From Melioribacteraceae bacterium (GTDB lineage: Bacteria; Bacteroidota; Ignavibacteria; Ignavibacteriales; Melioribacteraceae), in the NCBI GenBank assembly GCA_024103215.1, contig JAGFIY010000029.1:20019-84018 (forward strand): a stretch of 64,000 nucleotides of DNA, read 5' to 3'. Shown here one piece after another: positions 30,248-39,584 of this stretch; positions within the stretch are counted from its first letter, which is position 1; every line of letters begins with the position of its first letter. The translations under genes were made by a program, and so were the position numbers. Below the pieces are notes generated by a model. It saw nothing but the letters and a program-made list of their open reading frames with translations, searched no databases and was not told the DNA's origin.

Positions 30248-31089
30248 TTCAATCTCCCCGAAATTATTCTTGGTATATTTGAATAATCATTTATTACTGA
30301 AATATCCGTAAATAAACTTTTCATCTGTTCAACAACTTTTTCATGCATTTCTTCGCCGATTTCAAAGAATAATCTGCCATTTGGATTCAAAAGGATTGGT
30401 GATTTTTCAATTATAAAATTATAAAAAGTCATTCCATCATTTTCATCAGTCACGGCATATTTTGGTTCAAATTTGACTTCGGGTTGTATTGAATTATATT
30501 GATCCAGAGTTACATAAGGAGGATTCGAAACAATAAAATCAAATTTGCCCAAGATTTGCAAATCCTCATTTAGAATATTGTGATGGACAAATTTTATTGC
30601 TTTTTTATCTTGCAAAATGTTAACGGCATTTGAATATGCAACTTTTAGTGCTTCTCTGCTGGAATCAGTTGCCGCAACTTCAATCAAAGGTTCGGAATAT
30701 TTTAAGGAAATTGCAATCGCACCGCTTCCTGTTCCGATATCTAAAACTTTTTCTCCACCTTTTACAAATTTCAAGACTTCCTCAACTAAAAGTTCTGTCT
30801 CTTGACGCGGTATTAATACATTTTCATTCACTTGAAATTTTAGATTAAAAAACTCCGTATAGCCGAGAATATATTGAAGTGGTTCTGAATTCGAACGCTT
30901 TTTAATATAAAGCCTATATAGCTCTTTTTCTCCTTCATTCAAAGGTTTGTTGTACGAAAGATAAAGTTCAAGACGCTTGCATTTTAGAATATCGGCAAGT
31001 AAGTATTCGGCATTAATTCTTGGTTCGGGAATATTATGCTTTTGGAGAAATTCAGTGGATAATTTTATTGCTTCAAGGATTGTTAGCAT
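30244..31089 (-). CDS. prmC: peptide chain release factor N5-glutamine methyltransferase
   Basis: VLDIGTGSGAIAI and NPPYV motifs, plus the PLQYILG HemK N-terminal domain. Confidence 0.9.
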   Translation of the reverse strand: MLTILEAIKLSTEFLQKHNIPEPRINAEYLLADILKCKRLELYLSYNKPLNEGEKELYRLYIKKRSNSEPLQYILGYTEFFNLKFQVNENVLIPRQETELLVEEVLKFVKGGEKVLDIGTGSGAIAISLKYSEPLIEVAATDSSREALKVAYSNAVNILQDKKAIKFVHHNILNEDLQILGKFDFIVSNPPYVTLDQYNSIQPEVKFEPKYAVTDENDGMTFYNFIIEKSPILLNPNGRLFFEIGEEMHEKVVEQMKSLFTDISVINDYSNIPRIISGRLK

Positions 31090-31159
31090 ATTCCAATGTG
31101 TAAATAATTAACTTGGAATTTAACGAAAAAAGCAAAGATTATGAAGTCAAAAGCCTTAG

Positions 31160-32512
31160 CTATTTGCTTGACTGATAAGTAGTCATGATAAATTCTGCAA
31201 CAGCTCTTGCTTCGTTGGGTTTCAATCCTTGATTTGGCATTGCCGGATAAGCAGGATCAATTTTTTGCGGATTGAGAATAAATTCCGCTAAGCCGTCTAT
31301 ATTATTTTCATATTTCGGTAAAACGCTGTTATAAGGAGGTCCAACAAGTTTTGTATCAAAATTATGACAAGCAATGCAGCGTCCGTTGTATATTTCTTCC
31401 CCATTCACTTCTACTTTGAAGAGACCTAATTCTTCTTTAAAATTTTGAGCAAATAAATCGTACTCTTTTGCTAATTTTTTTGTGTGAAGCTGTGATGTTG
31501 TATTGAAAGCTGTTTGATCTTTCACGATAAAAAGAGTAACCATAATTAGCGTTAAAAACATTGTTGAGCTTCTGTATTTTACATTAGATTCTTTTAACAT
31601 AAAATATAAAAGATTTGCCAACACCAAGAGGATGAACAAAACAAATACTGCAATACCAAAATATGACCAGTTCAATGCATTCTTTGGTAATAAAAGAATA
31701 TTTACAGCATATAAAACGGGTTGCGCAAGAATGAACAGCATTGCGGTTTTTAAGGCAAAATTTCTAGCAAAAATTGTATAATCGTTTTCCTTACCAGAGT
31801 ATTTTCCCCCGGGTTTGAAAAAGACATACAAAATTCCGATAGCAGTAATCGAAAATGATATTGCTATGAAATGTAAGAAACCGGTTATTGTCTGAATGGA
31901 AAATAAAATGGAAAGAATTGATTCTCCTTCCGCCCATCTTGTTGAATCGGTAGCAAATTGAACTGAGCCAATAAACACATAAACGGAAATAAAGAGAAAA
32001 ATCAACCCGTAAGAACCAGATTTAATTAATACCTTATTTGTAGTCTTTTTTAAAGTATCGAATTCACTTTGAATTGAATCGTCCCGCTCTCCATTTAATT
32101 TTGTTAAGTTGAATATATCTGATAAATGAAAACTGTATTTAAACGTGAAAATTGCAATAACCGATGCTATATAAATAAGAAATGAGAAAAATATATTGCC
32201 GGAGACACTTCCGCCCGAACTCTGCATTAGTTGTGAATAACAGAACATCATACTCAACATTGGGATTGCACCCAGAGCCAATGCCGAGCTTTTATTAACA
32301 GTTACTAAATCAATTACATCTTTAGAGAATTTTATGTAAGTAGTGTTTTTCTCTTTTCTACCTTTTTTATTATAAAGCACAGAGAAAAATGTCGAACCAA
32401 GAAGCAATGCAAGATACGGAATGAGCAAAAGCATCGTAAGGATCATAACGTATTCCAATAGTTGAATATGACCTGACGACTGAGGTAATGCAAATTGATC
32501 TAAAAAGTTCAT
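31160..32512 (-). CDS. polytopic membrane protein with a C-terminal monoheme cytochrome c domain
   Basis: 450 aa. About 8 hydrophobic helices of unrecognised family, then a class I cytochrome c domain (GRCIACHN...AMPNQG). Last gene of the oxidase operon. Confidence 0.6.
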   Translation of the reverse strand: MNFLDQFALPQSSGHIQLLEYVMILTMLLLIPYLALLLGSTFFSVLYNKKGRKEKNTTYIKFSKDVIDLVTVNKSSALALGAIPMLSMMFCYSQLMQSSGGSVSGNIFFSFLIYIASVIAIFTFKYSFHLSDIFNLTKLNGERDDSIQSEFDTLKKTTNKVLIKSGSYGLIFLFISVYVFIGSVQFATDSTRWAEGESILSILFSIQTITGFLHFIAISFSITAIGILYVFFKPGGKYSGKENDYTIFARNFALKTAMLFILAQPVLYAVNILLLPKNALNWSYFGIAVFVLFILLVLANLLYFMLKESNVKYRSSTMFLTLIMVTLFIVKDQTAFNTTSQLHTKKLAKEYDLFAQNFKEELGLFKVEVNGEEIYNGRCIACHNFDTKLVGPPYNSVLPKYENNIDGLAEFILNPQKIDPAYPAMPNQGLKPNEARAVAEFIMTTYQSSK

Positions 32513-32524
32513 TTGTAACTTCCC

Positions 32525-33451
32525 TTAGAAAACTAATTTATCCACAAACAGTAAAATTGTAACTATTAAGACATATGAATTTAAATTCATGAATGCCTTG
32601 CGGTATTCACCTTTATTTATGTTATCTTCAATCAAAAGTCCTCTGTTTTTAAGAACCAACCATATTCCAAGAAATAATAAAACTGTTGATGCAAAAATTG
32701 GATCGGTTGAAGTAAAAAATGAAATAGAAAGCCCTCCGCCGGTTAACGCAACCGTCCAAAAAAATGTAAGTTTTGAAACTGTAAAATCCGAAAACATACT
32801 TCTTAATATTGGGAATCCGGCAGAATTATAATCATCAGCAAATATTAAATAAAGCAGCCAAAAATGAGGGATCTGCCAGATGAACAAAAACAAAGCAATT
32901 ACCAGAATTATTTGATCGGTTGCATTACCTCCCATTGCTGTCCAACCAACTATAGGAGGAATTGCGCCAATTACCGCTCCTGGGAAAACAGCAAGCGATG
33001 TTTTTCTCTTTAGTGGAGTGTATATTAAATTGTACCAAATCATTGCAGTCAGAGCTAACAATAGTGCAATTAAATTACCTAACGAAAAAATAATCATTGA
33101 ACCAACAAGTGAAATTATAAGAGCAAACAACACTGCATTAAAATATTTTATATTACCACTTGGAAGCGGGCGGTTTTGCGTTCGTTTCATTCTTCCGTCA
33201 AACTTCCACTCTTGAATCTGATTTATTGATGAAGATCCAACTGCCAAAAAGAACACGCCTAACGAAACTACTGACGAAGATACACTAAACTCTCCTGCGT
33301 ATAAAACAGATCCTAATAAAGTAGTAATTCCAACAAAGAATGTAATTCTGAATTTTCCTAACTCAGCGTACTTAATTATTAACTCGAGAAAAGAGTTAAC
33401 CTTTAATTCGGAGGTCGAAGTAGTAAACGTAATTTGTTTTAAATTTTTCAT
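32525..33451 (-). CDS. ctaB: protoheme IX farnesyltransferase (heme O synthase)
   Basis: UbiA-family motifs NQIQEWKFDGRMKRTQNRPLPSG; 308 aa, about 9 TM helices. Confidence 0.9.
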   Translation of the reverse strand: MKNLKQITFTTSTSELKVNSFLELIIKYAELGKFRITFFVGITTLLGSVLYAGEFSVSSSVVSLGVFFLAVGSSSINQIQEWKFDGRMKRTQNRPLPSGNIKYFNAVLFALIISLVGSMIIFSLGNLIALLLALTAMIWYNLIYTPLKRKTSLAVFPGAVIGAIPPIVGWTAMGGNATDQIILVIALFLFIWQIPHFWLLYLIFADDYNSAGFPILRSMFSDFTVSKLTFFWTVALTGGGLSISFFTSTDPIFASTVLLFLGIWLVLKNRGLLIEDNINKGEYRKAFMNLNSYVLIVTILLFVDKLVF

Positions 33452-33452
33452 A

Positions 33453-34118
33453 CTACAGTTGAACTTCTGTGGAATCTGATTTCATATTATTTTTTTCAAC
33501 TTGCACTGGTTCTTTCTGTGATGTTTTTTTCTTTAGCCAATTCTCATATTCTGATTCTTCCATCGCTATCACTTTTGAATACATTTGTGAATGATTCAAA
33601 CCACAATATTCCGCACAAGCGATTTCGTATTCACCAACTTCATTTGCAGTAAAAACTAAATAGTTTAGTTTTCCGGCTATTACATCGGTCTTAACCCTTA
33701 ATGCGGGGATCCATAAAGCATGGTTTACGTCAGCAGATTCCAGTTCTAGAAGAATCGGTTTATTGACTGGAACATATAATTCTTTTGTGGAAAATCCATC
33801 GTACTTAAATTCCCATTCCCACATTCGTCCAACCCCTGAAAGTCTTAGAGCATCCTCCGGTATATATTTCCCTTCTTTAAAGCCTTGATAACCGAAATAA
33901 AACATACTTAGAACCAAAATAGTAGGTATAACTATCCAAATGGTTTCAAGTGCAACACTTCCGTGAATATCTACCGGCTTATGACCCTTTTTGCGGTTAT
34001 ACTTAAACACGAAATAGATCATCACAGCCGTAATTCCCAAAAGAAGGAACACGGAAATTGCAACGATATAAATCATTACCGAATCAACAGTCTCAACATA
34101 GTTGGTCGTTTGAATCAT
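33453..34118 (-). CDS. ctaC: cytochrome c oxidase subunit II (no fused cytochrome c domain)
   Basis: Two N-terminal TM helices and a cupredoxin domain with CuA ligands VNHALWIP and CAEYCGLNHSQM. Confidence 0.9.
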   Translation of the reverse strand: MIQTTNYVETVDSVMIYIVAISVFLLLGITAVMIYFVFKYNRKKGHKPVDIHGSVALETIWIVIPTILVLSMFYFGYQGFKEGKYIPEDALRLSGVGRMWEWEFKYDGFSTKELYVPVNKPILLELESADVNHALWIPALRVKTDVIAGKLNYLVFTANEVGEYEIACAEYCGLNHSQMYSKVIAMEESEYENWLKKKTSQKEPVQVEKNNMKSDSTEVQL

Positions 34119-34127
34119 CCTTAACCT

Positions 34128-34418
34128 CTACCTAAAGGAATAATCGACGAATGTAAGCGCGAATATCACAAACAATGTTGCTCCGCTTACAAGGAGAAAA
34201 AATTTGAAAATTGGTTCGTCGAATTTTATGTGCATAAATATATTTATTACCAATGCCGATTTTATTGCTGCAATTGTCAAAGCAACAAAAAGTGTAAAAT
34301 TACCTAAATCTATTCCTGCAACAGTTACAGTAAGTGAAGTAAGTGCGAGTAATCCAAGCCACACTAAAACATATGTACCATAACCGGTTATATGATGTTT
34401 TGATTCAGACATAAGCAA
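34128..34418 (-). CDS. cytochrome c oxidase subunit IV (prokaryotic CoxD type)
   Basis: 96 aa, 3 TM helices. N-terminal SKHHITGYGTYVLVWLGLLALT is typical of this family. Lies between subunits III and II. Confidence 0.75.
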   Translation of the reverse strand: MLMSESKHHITGYGTYVLVWLGLLALTSLTVTVAGIDLGNFTLFVALTIAAIKSALVINIFMHIKFDEPIFKFFLLVSGATLFVIFALTFVDYSFR

Positions 34419-34424
34419 AATCCC

Positions 34425-35051
34425 TTATTGTAACAGATAAAATAACGGAAACAAGAAAATCCATATTAAGTCGACAAGATGCCAATAGAGACCCGAATTT
34501 TCAAGTTTTATGTAATTTTCGTGATTTATAGATCCTTTCATTATCATAACAAGAATAACAGAAAGAATAACTACACCAATAATAACGTGCAGTCCGTGAA
34601 GTCCCGTCATTACATAATAAAGTCCGTAGAACAAAATTTCACCGTTAGATTTTCCTAGCAGATACTCAGAGCCGGGATAAATTCCATGTTCGATCTTCGC
34701 ACTCCATTCAAAAAATTTATTTATCATAAACGCGAGGGCAAATACAATAGTTACTGCTAAAAATATTATTGAAAGGAATTTATTTTTTTTCTGAATCGCT
34801 CCGATAGCTAAAGCAACGGTTAAGCTTGACGTTAAAAGAATAACTGTATTTAATGCTCCAACGGTTACGTTCAATTCCATCGCTGCAACTTTAAATTGAT
34901 CAGGAAACTGAAAACGATATACAGCATAAATAAGAAACATACCACCGAATAACAGAAGTTCTGTAAAAAGAAAGAGCCACATTCCCATTTTTGAACCAAC
35001 GTCATCTCTATGCACTGGAGCGTGAACAGTTGCTTGATTGTTATGAGTCAT
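34425..35051 (-). CDS. ctaE: cytochrome c oxidase subunit III
   Basis: 208 aa, 5 TM helices. WLFLFTELLLFGGMF and YWHLVDLIWIFLFPLFY signatures. Confidence 0.9.
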   Translation of the reverse strand: MTHNNQATVHAPVHRDDVGSKMGMWLFLFTELLLFGGMFLIYAVYRFQFPDQFKVAAMELNVTVGALNTVILLTSSLTVALAIGAIQKKNKFLSIIFLAVTIVFALAFMINKFFEWSAKIEHGIYPGSEYLLGKSNGEILFYGLYYVMTGLHGLHVIIGVVILSVILVMIMKGSINHENYIKLENSGLYWHLVDLIWIFLFPLFYLLQ

Positions 35052-36687
35052 GTTCTAATTCCTTCAACTGACTAAAATCATAAGGTTCATGTTTTACTGT
35101 TGGAATCTCGTGGAAATTGTGCAGCGGCGGCGGTGTTGAAATATGCCATTCGAGTGTTACTCCTCCCCAAGGATTCATACTTGCTCTTTTACCTTTGAAT
35201 GCAGAATAAATCAGATTGCCGAAAATTAAAACAACGGTGATTAGCATCAACCATGATCCTATTGTTGAAACCACTTGAAGACTTGCAAATTCCGGAAGAT
35301 AATCGAAGTATCTACGTGGCATACCGATATAACCCATAATAAATTTCGGAAAATAAAGTGTGTTAAATGCGATAAAGAATAATCCTGCTGATAATGAAGC
35401 AAGTTTTATGTTATACATTCTTCCGAACATTTTCGGGAACCAATAAAATAAAGCGGCAAAAAATATTGTCCCAGTTCCTCCAAACATTGTATAATGAAAG
35501 TGTGCAACAACAAAATAAGTGTCGTGAAGATGAATATCGGTAGCAAGAGAACCAAGAACCAATCCTGTCAAACCGCCGATTGAAAACAAGAATATAAAAG
35601 CCATTACCCATAAAAAGGGCGGCTTCGGATCAATCGAACCTTTGTACATTGTAGCAACCCAGTTAAATACTTTTACACCGCTGGGCAGAGCAACAAGATA
35701 AGTGAGCAGCGAAAATATCCATTGTGCAGTTTCACTCATTCCGGAAGTAAACATATGATGAGCCCAAACAAGATAACCAACAAATGCTATTGCCAAACTT
35801 GACATCGCTACTGCTTTATAGCCAAAAATTGTTCTTCTTGAAAAAGTTGGAATTATTTCCGAAACAACTCCCATAGCAGGAAGAATCATAATGTAAACTG
35901 CAGGATGTGAATAAATCCAGAATAGATGCTGATATAAAATCGGATCACCGCCAAGTGCTGGATCGAAGATACCTACGCCAAAATATCTTTCGATAATTAC
36001 CAGCAGAATTGTAATTGCAACAACTGGTGTAGCAATTATCTGTATCCAAGCCGTAGCATAAGTTGACCAGATGAATAAAGGCATCTTGAACCACCCCATT
36101 CCCGGTGCTCTCATCCGGTGCACTGTTGTTACAAAATTCAGACCTGTGAGCATCGAGGAAAATCCTAGAATAAATGCTGCAAAAATCGCAAGCGACACGT
36201 TAGTGCCTGTTCTAACTGCGTAAGGTATGTAAAATGTCCATCCAGTATCCATCGGTCCGCCGGGCAGCACTATCGAAATCAGAGCTAATGTTGCCCCGAT
36301 AATATAAACCCACCAAGACAAAAGATTTAATCTAGGGAATGCGACATCTTGAGCGCCCAATTGAATGGGCAAAAAGAAGTTACCGAAGACTGCAGGAATT
36401 CCAGGAATGATAAATAGGAAAATCATTATCACTCCATGAAGCGTAAACAGCTGATTATAAGTTTGCGCATCAACTATCGTCTGCCCAGGAGCAATAAGTT
36501 CGAGTCTCATTAATATTCCGACAATCAGTCCGACAAAAAAGAATGCAGCTATACTTATAAGATATAGTATACCAATCCTTTTATGATCGGTACTAAAAAT
36601 CCATGACCTAATGCCGGTAGCTGCTTTAGTTGTACCTTCTTCATAAAAACTTTTAGCAGTTATGGCTGCGGAATTTCCGTTTGCCAT
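35041..36687 (-). CDS. ctaD: cytochrome c oxidase subunit I
   Basis: 548 aa. LFWIYSHPAVYIMILP (CuB His-Tyr region) and HFHYTMFGG heme ligand region. Confidence 0.95.
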   Translation of the reverse strand: MANGNSAAITAKSFYEEGTTKAATGIRSWIFSTDHKRIGILYLISIAAFFFVGLIVGILMRLELIAPGQTIVDAQTYNQLFTLHGVIMIFLFIIPGIPAVFGNFFLPIQLGAQDVAFPRLNLLSWWVYIIGATLALISIVLPGGPMDTGWTFYIPYAVRTGTNVSLAIFAAFILGFSSMLTGLNFVTTVHRMRAPGMGWFKMPLFIWSTYATAWIQIIATPVVAITILLVIIERYFGVGIFDPALGGDPILYQHLFWIYSHPAVYIMILPAMGVVSEIIPTFSRRTIFGYKAVAMSSLAIAFVGYLVWAHHMFTSGMSETAQWIFSLLTYLVALPSGVKVFNWVATMYKGSIDPKPPFLWVMAFIFLFSIGGLTGLVLGSLATDIHLHDTYFVVAHFHYTMFGGTGTIFFAALFYWFPKMFGRMYNIKLASLSAGLFFIAFNTLYFPKFIMGYIGMPRRYFDYLPEFASLQVVSTIGSWLMLITVVLIFGNLIYSAFKGKRASMNPWGGVTLEWHISTPPPLHNFHEIPTVKHEPYDFSQLKELEHDS

Positions 36688-36701
36688 TTTATATACACTC
36701 C

Positions 36702-37463
36702 TTAACTTTTTTTCTTTTTCTTAAAAACTAAGATTGATAAAAATATTCCAACACTCAGTAAAATTATCGATCCCATTATTCTAGTAATGTTTAACGTATA
36801 ATTTCTTCCTTCGGGATCATAGCTGAAACAGAATTGAAGAACTTTTGCAATTGTCGGATTCGTTTTTCCTGCTTCAGCATCGAGTAATGCCATTTTTACA
36901 TCAAACGGATTAAAAGTAATTCCAAACAAATACCTTGATATTAATCCTTTAGGTGAAATTGTAACAACTGCACCCGGATGTAAATATTCGCCCTCGTTTT
37001 CCTTGTAATAAAATCCAACAGCATCCGTAATTTTTTTAATATTAACACTATCTCCTACCAAAAAATACCATGCGGAATCAGGAAAAGGGTTTTTCATCCC
37101 TGCAAAATAATTTTGTTTCCAACGTTTTGCTGTCTCAACTGTTTCTTCGTGATCAAAGCTTAAGCTTATCACTTGAAAATCTTCTTGAGGAACTAGATCA
37201 ACTTTGTTCACAACCCATGCAAGCTCAGTCAACAATGGATTACAAATTCCGGGACACTCATAATAAACCAATGCAAGCAATGTAGGTTTATTAATTATTT
37301 CTTTCAGACGAATCGTATCCCCTTCGCTCGTTAAAAACTGCACATCAGCTGGAAGAAAATCGCCAAGCTTCTCATCAATCCCAACTTCAATTTGATCATC
37401 CTGACCGTAAACTAGGATCCCGATCAAAAAGAAAAAGAACACAATATGTAATTTGTGAAACAT
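36702..37463 (-). CDS. SCO family copper chaperone/thioredoxin-like protein
   Basis: YYECPGICNPL (CxxxC) with a downstream His, plus a C-terminal TM anchor. Sits next to the oxidase genes. Confidence 0.8.
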   Translation of the reverse strand: MFHKLHIVFFFFLIGILVYGQDDQIEVGIDEKLGDFLPADVQFLTSEGDTIRLKEIINKPTLLALVYYECPGICNPLLTELAWVVNKVDLVPQEDFQVISLSFDHEETVETAKRWKQNYFAGMKNPFPDSAWYFLVGDSVNIKKITDAVGFYYKENEGEYLHPGAVVTISPKGLISRYLFGITFNPFDVKMALLDAEAGKTNPTIAKVLQFCFSYDPEGRNYTLNITRIMGSIILLSVGIFLSILVFKKKKKS

Positions 37464-37467
37464 AGTA

Positions 37468-38379
37468 TTAGAGCGAACTCAAATACTGATAAAGCTGCTC
37501 CCACTCATTATCAGTTAAATTTACTATTTCCGATTTTAATGCAAGCATTTTCGGATCGGATGAAGCAGTAAAAATAAAATCATTGAAATCTAATGAATCG
37601 TTAAATCGTAGCTTAAAATTCTGTATCGTCTTAATGGGATCTATTGAATAGTTTTGCAGAATTAAATTAGTGTTTTCAGAAACAGACCTTTCCATTAATA
37701 GTTTAGTTGATTTTCTAAATTCTGAAGCAATAATTTTTTTAGCCGATTTAATTGGGATGTTATTCGGTTCGACAACACCTTTTGTCAGTTGATACTGCGA
37801 ATCAAGTGATACAATCTCATCTTCCGTCACTTCCGGGTAATCTGTTAATGTTCGAATAAATTGTATTATTGCTACCCGGTCTTCAGGAGCAATAAATTCA
37901 TATGCTGTCATACCGCTGCCGGCAATTCCTTCCTGGAGAGTTTTATAAAGCTGTGAAAATTCCCTCCCGTTTTTCCAACCGTCTAATTCATAAAAACTTC
38001 TTGGTGGAGGATTCAATACAGCACCCGCCGGTCCGTCCCCTCTCCCTTCAGCACCATGGCATGAAGCACAATTAGTTTGATAAAGGTCCTTCCCCTTAGC
38101 AATAAAATCAGAAGTTGGATTAGAAATTAATTCTAAATCCATAGCCGGACGAATCCCTCCAACTTTCAAAGGAATATCTCTTTCAATTCTTAATGTATCT
38201 AACGCTGTTCCGGGAATTTGATTAAATGATATTTCATCAAGATTTTTAACAAAATAAACTCCTATTATCAAAGCAACAGCGAAGAAATAAAAATATACAA
38301 GTCCAAACAATCTCAATGGAGATTTAAGCGCATCTAAAAAATTTATTTCACTTTCGATTTTTTTGTTCATGTCGTCCAT
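37468..38379 (-). CDS. membrane-anchored monoheme cytochrome c with a C-terminal extension
   Basis: N-terminal TM helix and a class I heme site NCASCHGAEGRGDG with distal GSGMTAY. About 120 aa of C-terminal sequence has no recognised motif. Confidence 0.75.
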   Translation of the reverse strand: MDDMNKKIESEINFLDALKSPLRLFGLVYFYFFAVALIIGVYFVKNLDEISFNQIPGTALDTLRIERDIPLKVGGIRPAMDLELISNPTSDFIAKGKDLYQTNCASCHGAEGRGDGPAGAVLNPPPRSFYELDGWKNGREFSQLYKTLQEGIAGSGMTAYEFIAPEDRVAIIQFIRTLTDYPEVTEDEIVSLDSQYQLTKGVVEPNNIPIKSAKKIIASEFRKSTKLLMERSVSENTNLILQNYSIDPIKTIQNFKLRFNDSLDFNDFIFTASSDPKMLALKSEIVNLTDNEWEQLYQYLSSL

Positions 38380-38393
38380 TCAATCACCGAAAA

Positions 38394-39584
38394 TTATAAT
38401 CTAAAATCCAAACCACGTTTAAGTTTTGGATCCCCAATCGGAATAATGTTTTCTTTTCTTGCTTTCCAATTAAACATCGTTAAGATCAATCCAAGTCCTA
38501 AAATGATAAATCCAATTTCATTCCAACTGAACACAAAACCTTCGGGATTGAAAGTTGGAAGAACTAACCAATAGAGATCAATAATGTGCGCGAATAATAT
38601 CCAGATGGACATAAATTTTAATCTTTTTTCGTTCATTTTTGAAGGCTGTGAAAGTAATGCAAAATAAGGCACAAGAAAATGTGTGATAATCAAGAAGATG
38701 CTAAAGTACATCCAACTTCCTTCCCACTTATTAATAAACCAAAAAGTTTCTTCTGGAAGATTTGCGTACCAAATAAGCATATATTGAGAAAAAGCGATAT
38801 ATGCCCAAAAGTTAATAAACGCAAAAAGCAATGCACCAAAACTATAATAATGATCTTTTATTATTCCCTTAATAAAGTATCCTTTTTGAACGAACATAAT
38901 CACAAGAAACGTACCCGCAGCTAGAGATGCTAAAACAGTTCCTGCGAAAAAGTATACACCAAATATTGTTGAGAACCAATGAGGTTCTAAACTCATTAAG
39001 AAATCGATTGCTGAAAAAGTTAAAGTCAATGCAAACAACGGCATAAACAAAGCCGAAAACCTTATATTGCGTTTTGTTAATTTTTGATCTTTGGTCTTAT
39101 CTTGCTTTTTCGAGTTTGAAGTGAAAATGAAATAAAATACAATCCAAACAACGAAATACGCAATTAACCTTATCAGGAAAAATGTTTCATTAAGATAAGG
39201 TTCTTTTCCCGAAAGAATTTTATCGGCAGCAACTGCATCGGTATGAGACCAATGATAAACCGAATGAACATTTAGGTAAACCGGGATCGCAATTACCGGA
39301 ATCACTAAGACAACTGAGGCTAAAAATTCAAAAACTCTCCTGAATGGAGTGCTCCATACTGCCCCGGCTAAATATTCAATTCCGATTAAAAAGAGCGACC
39401 CGACTCCCACACTTGTAAGCAACATTAAGAGTACAATGTTGTTGAAAGCGCTTCGCACCGGATCCGTCAGATATGAAATAATAGCAACTAGTATCCCGAT
39501 TAATAACAATGCCGAAGAAACTCTGCTCAAAACAGGTGGAATCCCTCTATGAGTATATTCAATATTAGTATTATGTTCACTCAT
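38394..39584 (-). CDS. actF: Alternative Complex III subunit ActF (polytopic membrane subunit)
   Basis: 396 aa, about 10 TM helices. HWSHTDAVAADKILSGKEPYLNETFFLIR matches the ActF/quinol:cytochrome c oxidoreductase membrane subunit pattern. Position in the operon agrees. Confidence 0.75.
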   Translation of the reverse strand: MSEHNTNIEYTHRGIPPVLSRVSSALLLIGILVAIISYLTDPVRSAFNNIVLLMLLTSVGVGSLFLIGIEYLAGAVWSTPFRRVFEFLASVVLVIPVIAIPVYLNVHSVYHWSHTDAVAADKILSGKEPYLNETFFLIRLIAYFVVWIVFYFIFTSNSKKQDKTKDQKLTKRNIRFSALFMPLFALTLTFSAIDFLMSLEPHWFSTIFGVYFFAGTVLASLAAGTFLVIMFVQKGYFIKGIIKDHYYSFGALLFAFINFWAYIAFSQYMLIWYANLPEETFWFINKWEGSWMYFSIFLIITHFLVPYFALLSQPSKMNEKRLKFMSIWILFAHIIDLYWLVLPTFNPEGFVFSWNEIGFIILGLGLILTMFNWKARKENIIPIGDPKLKRGLDFRL

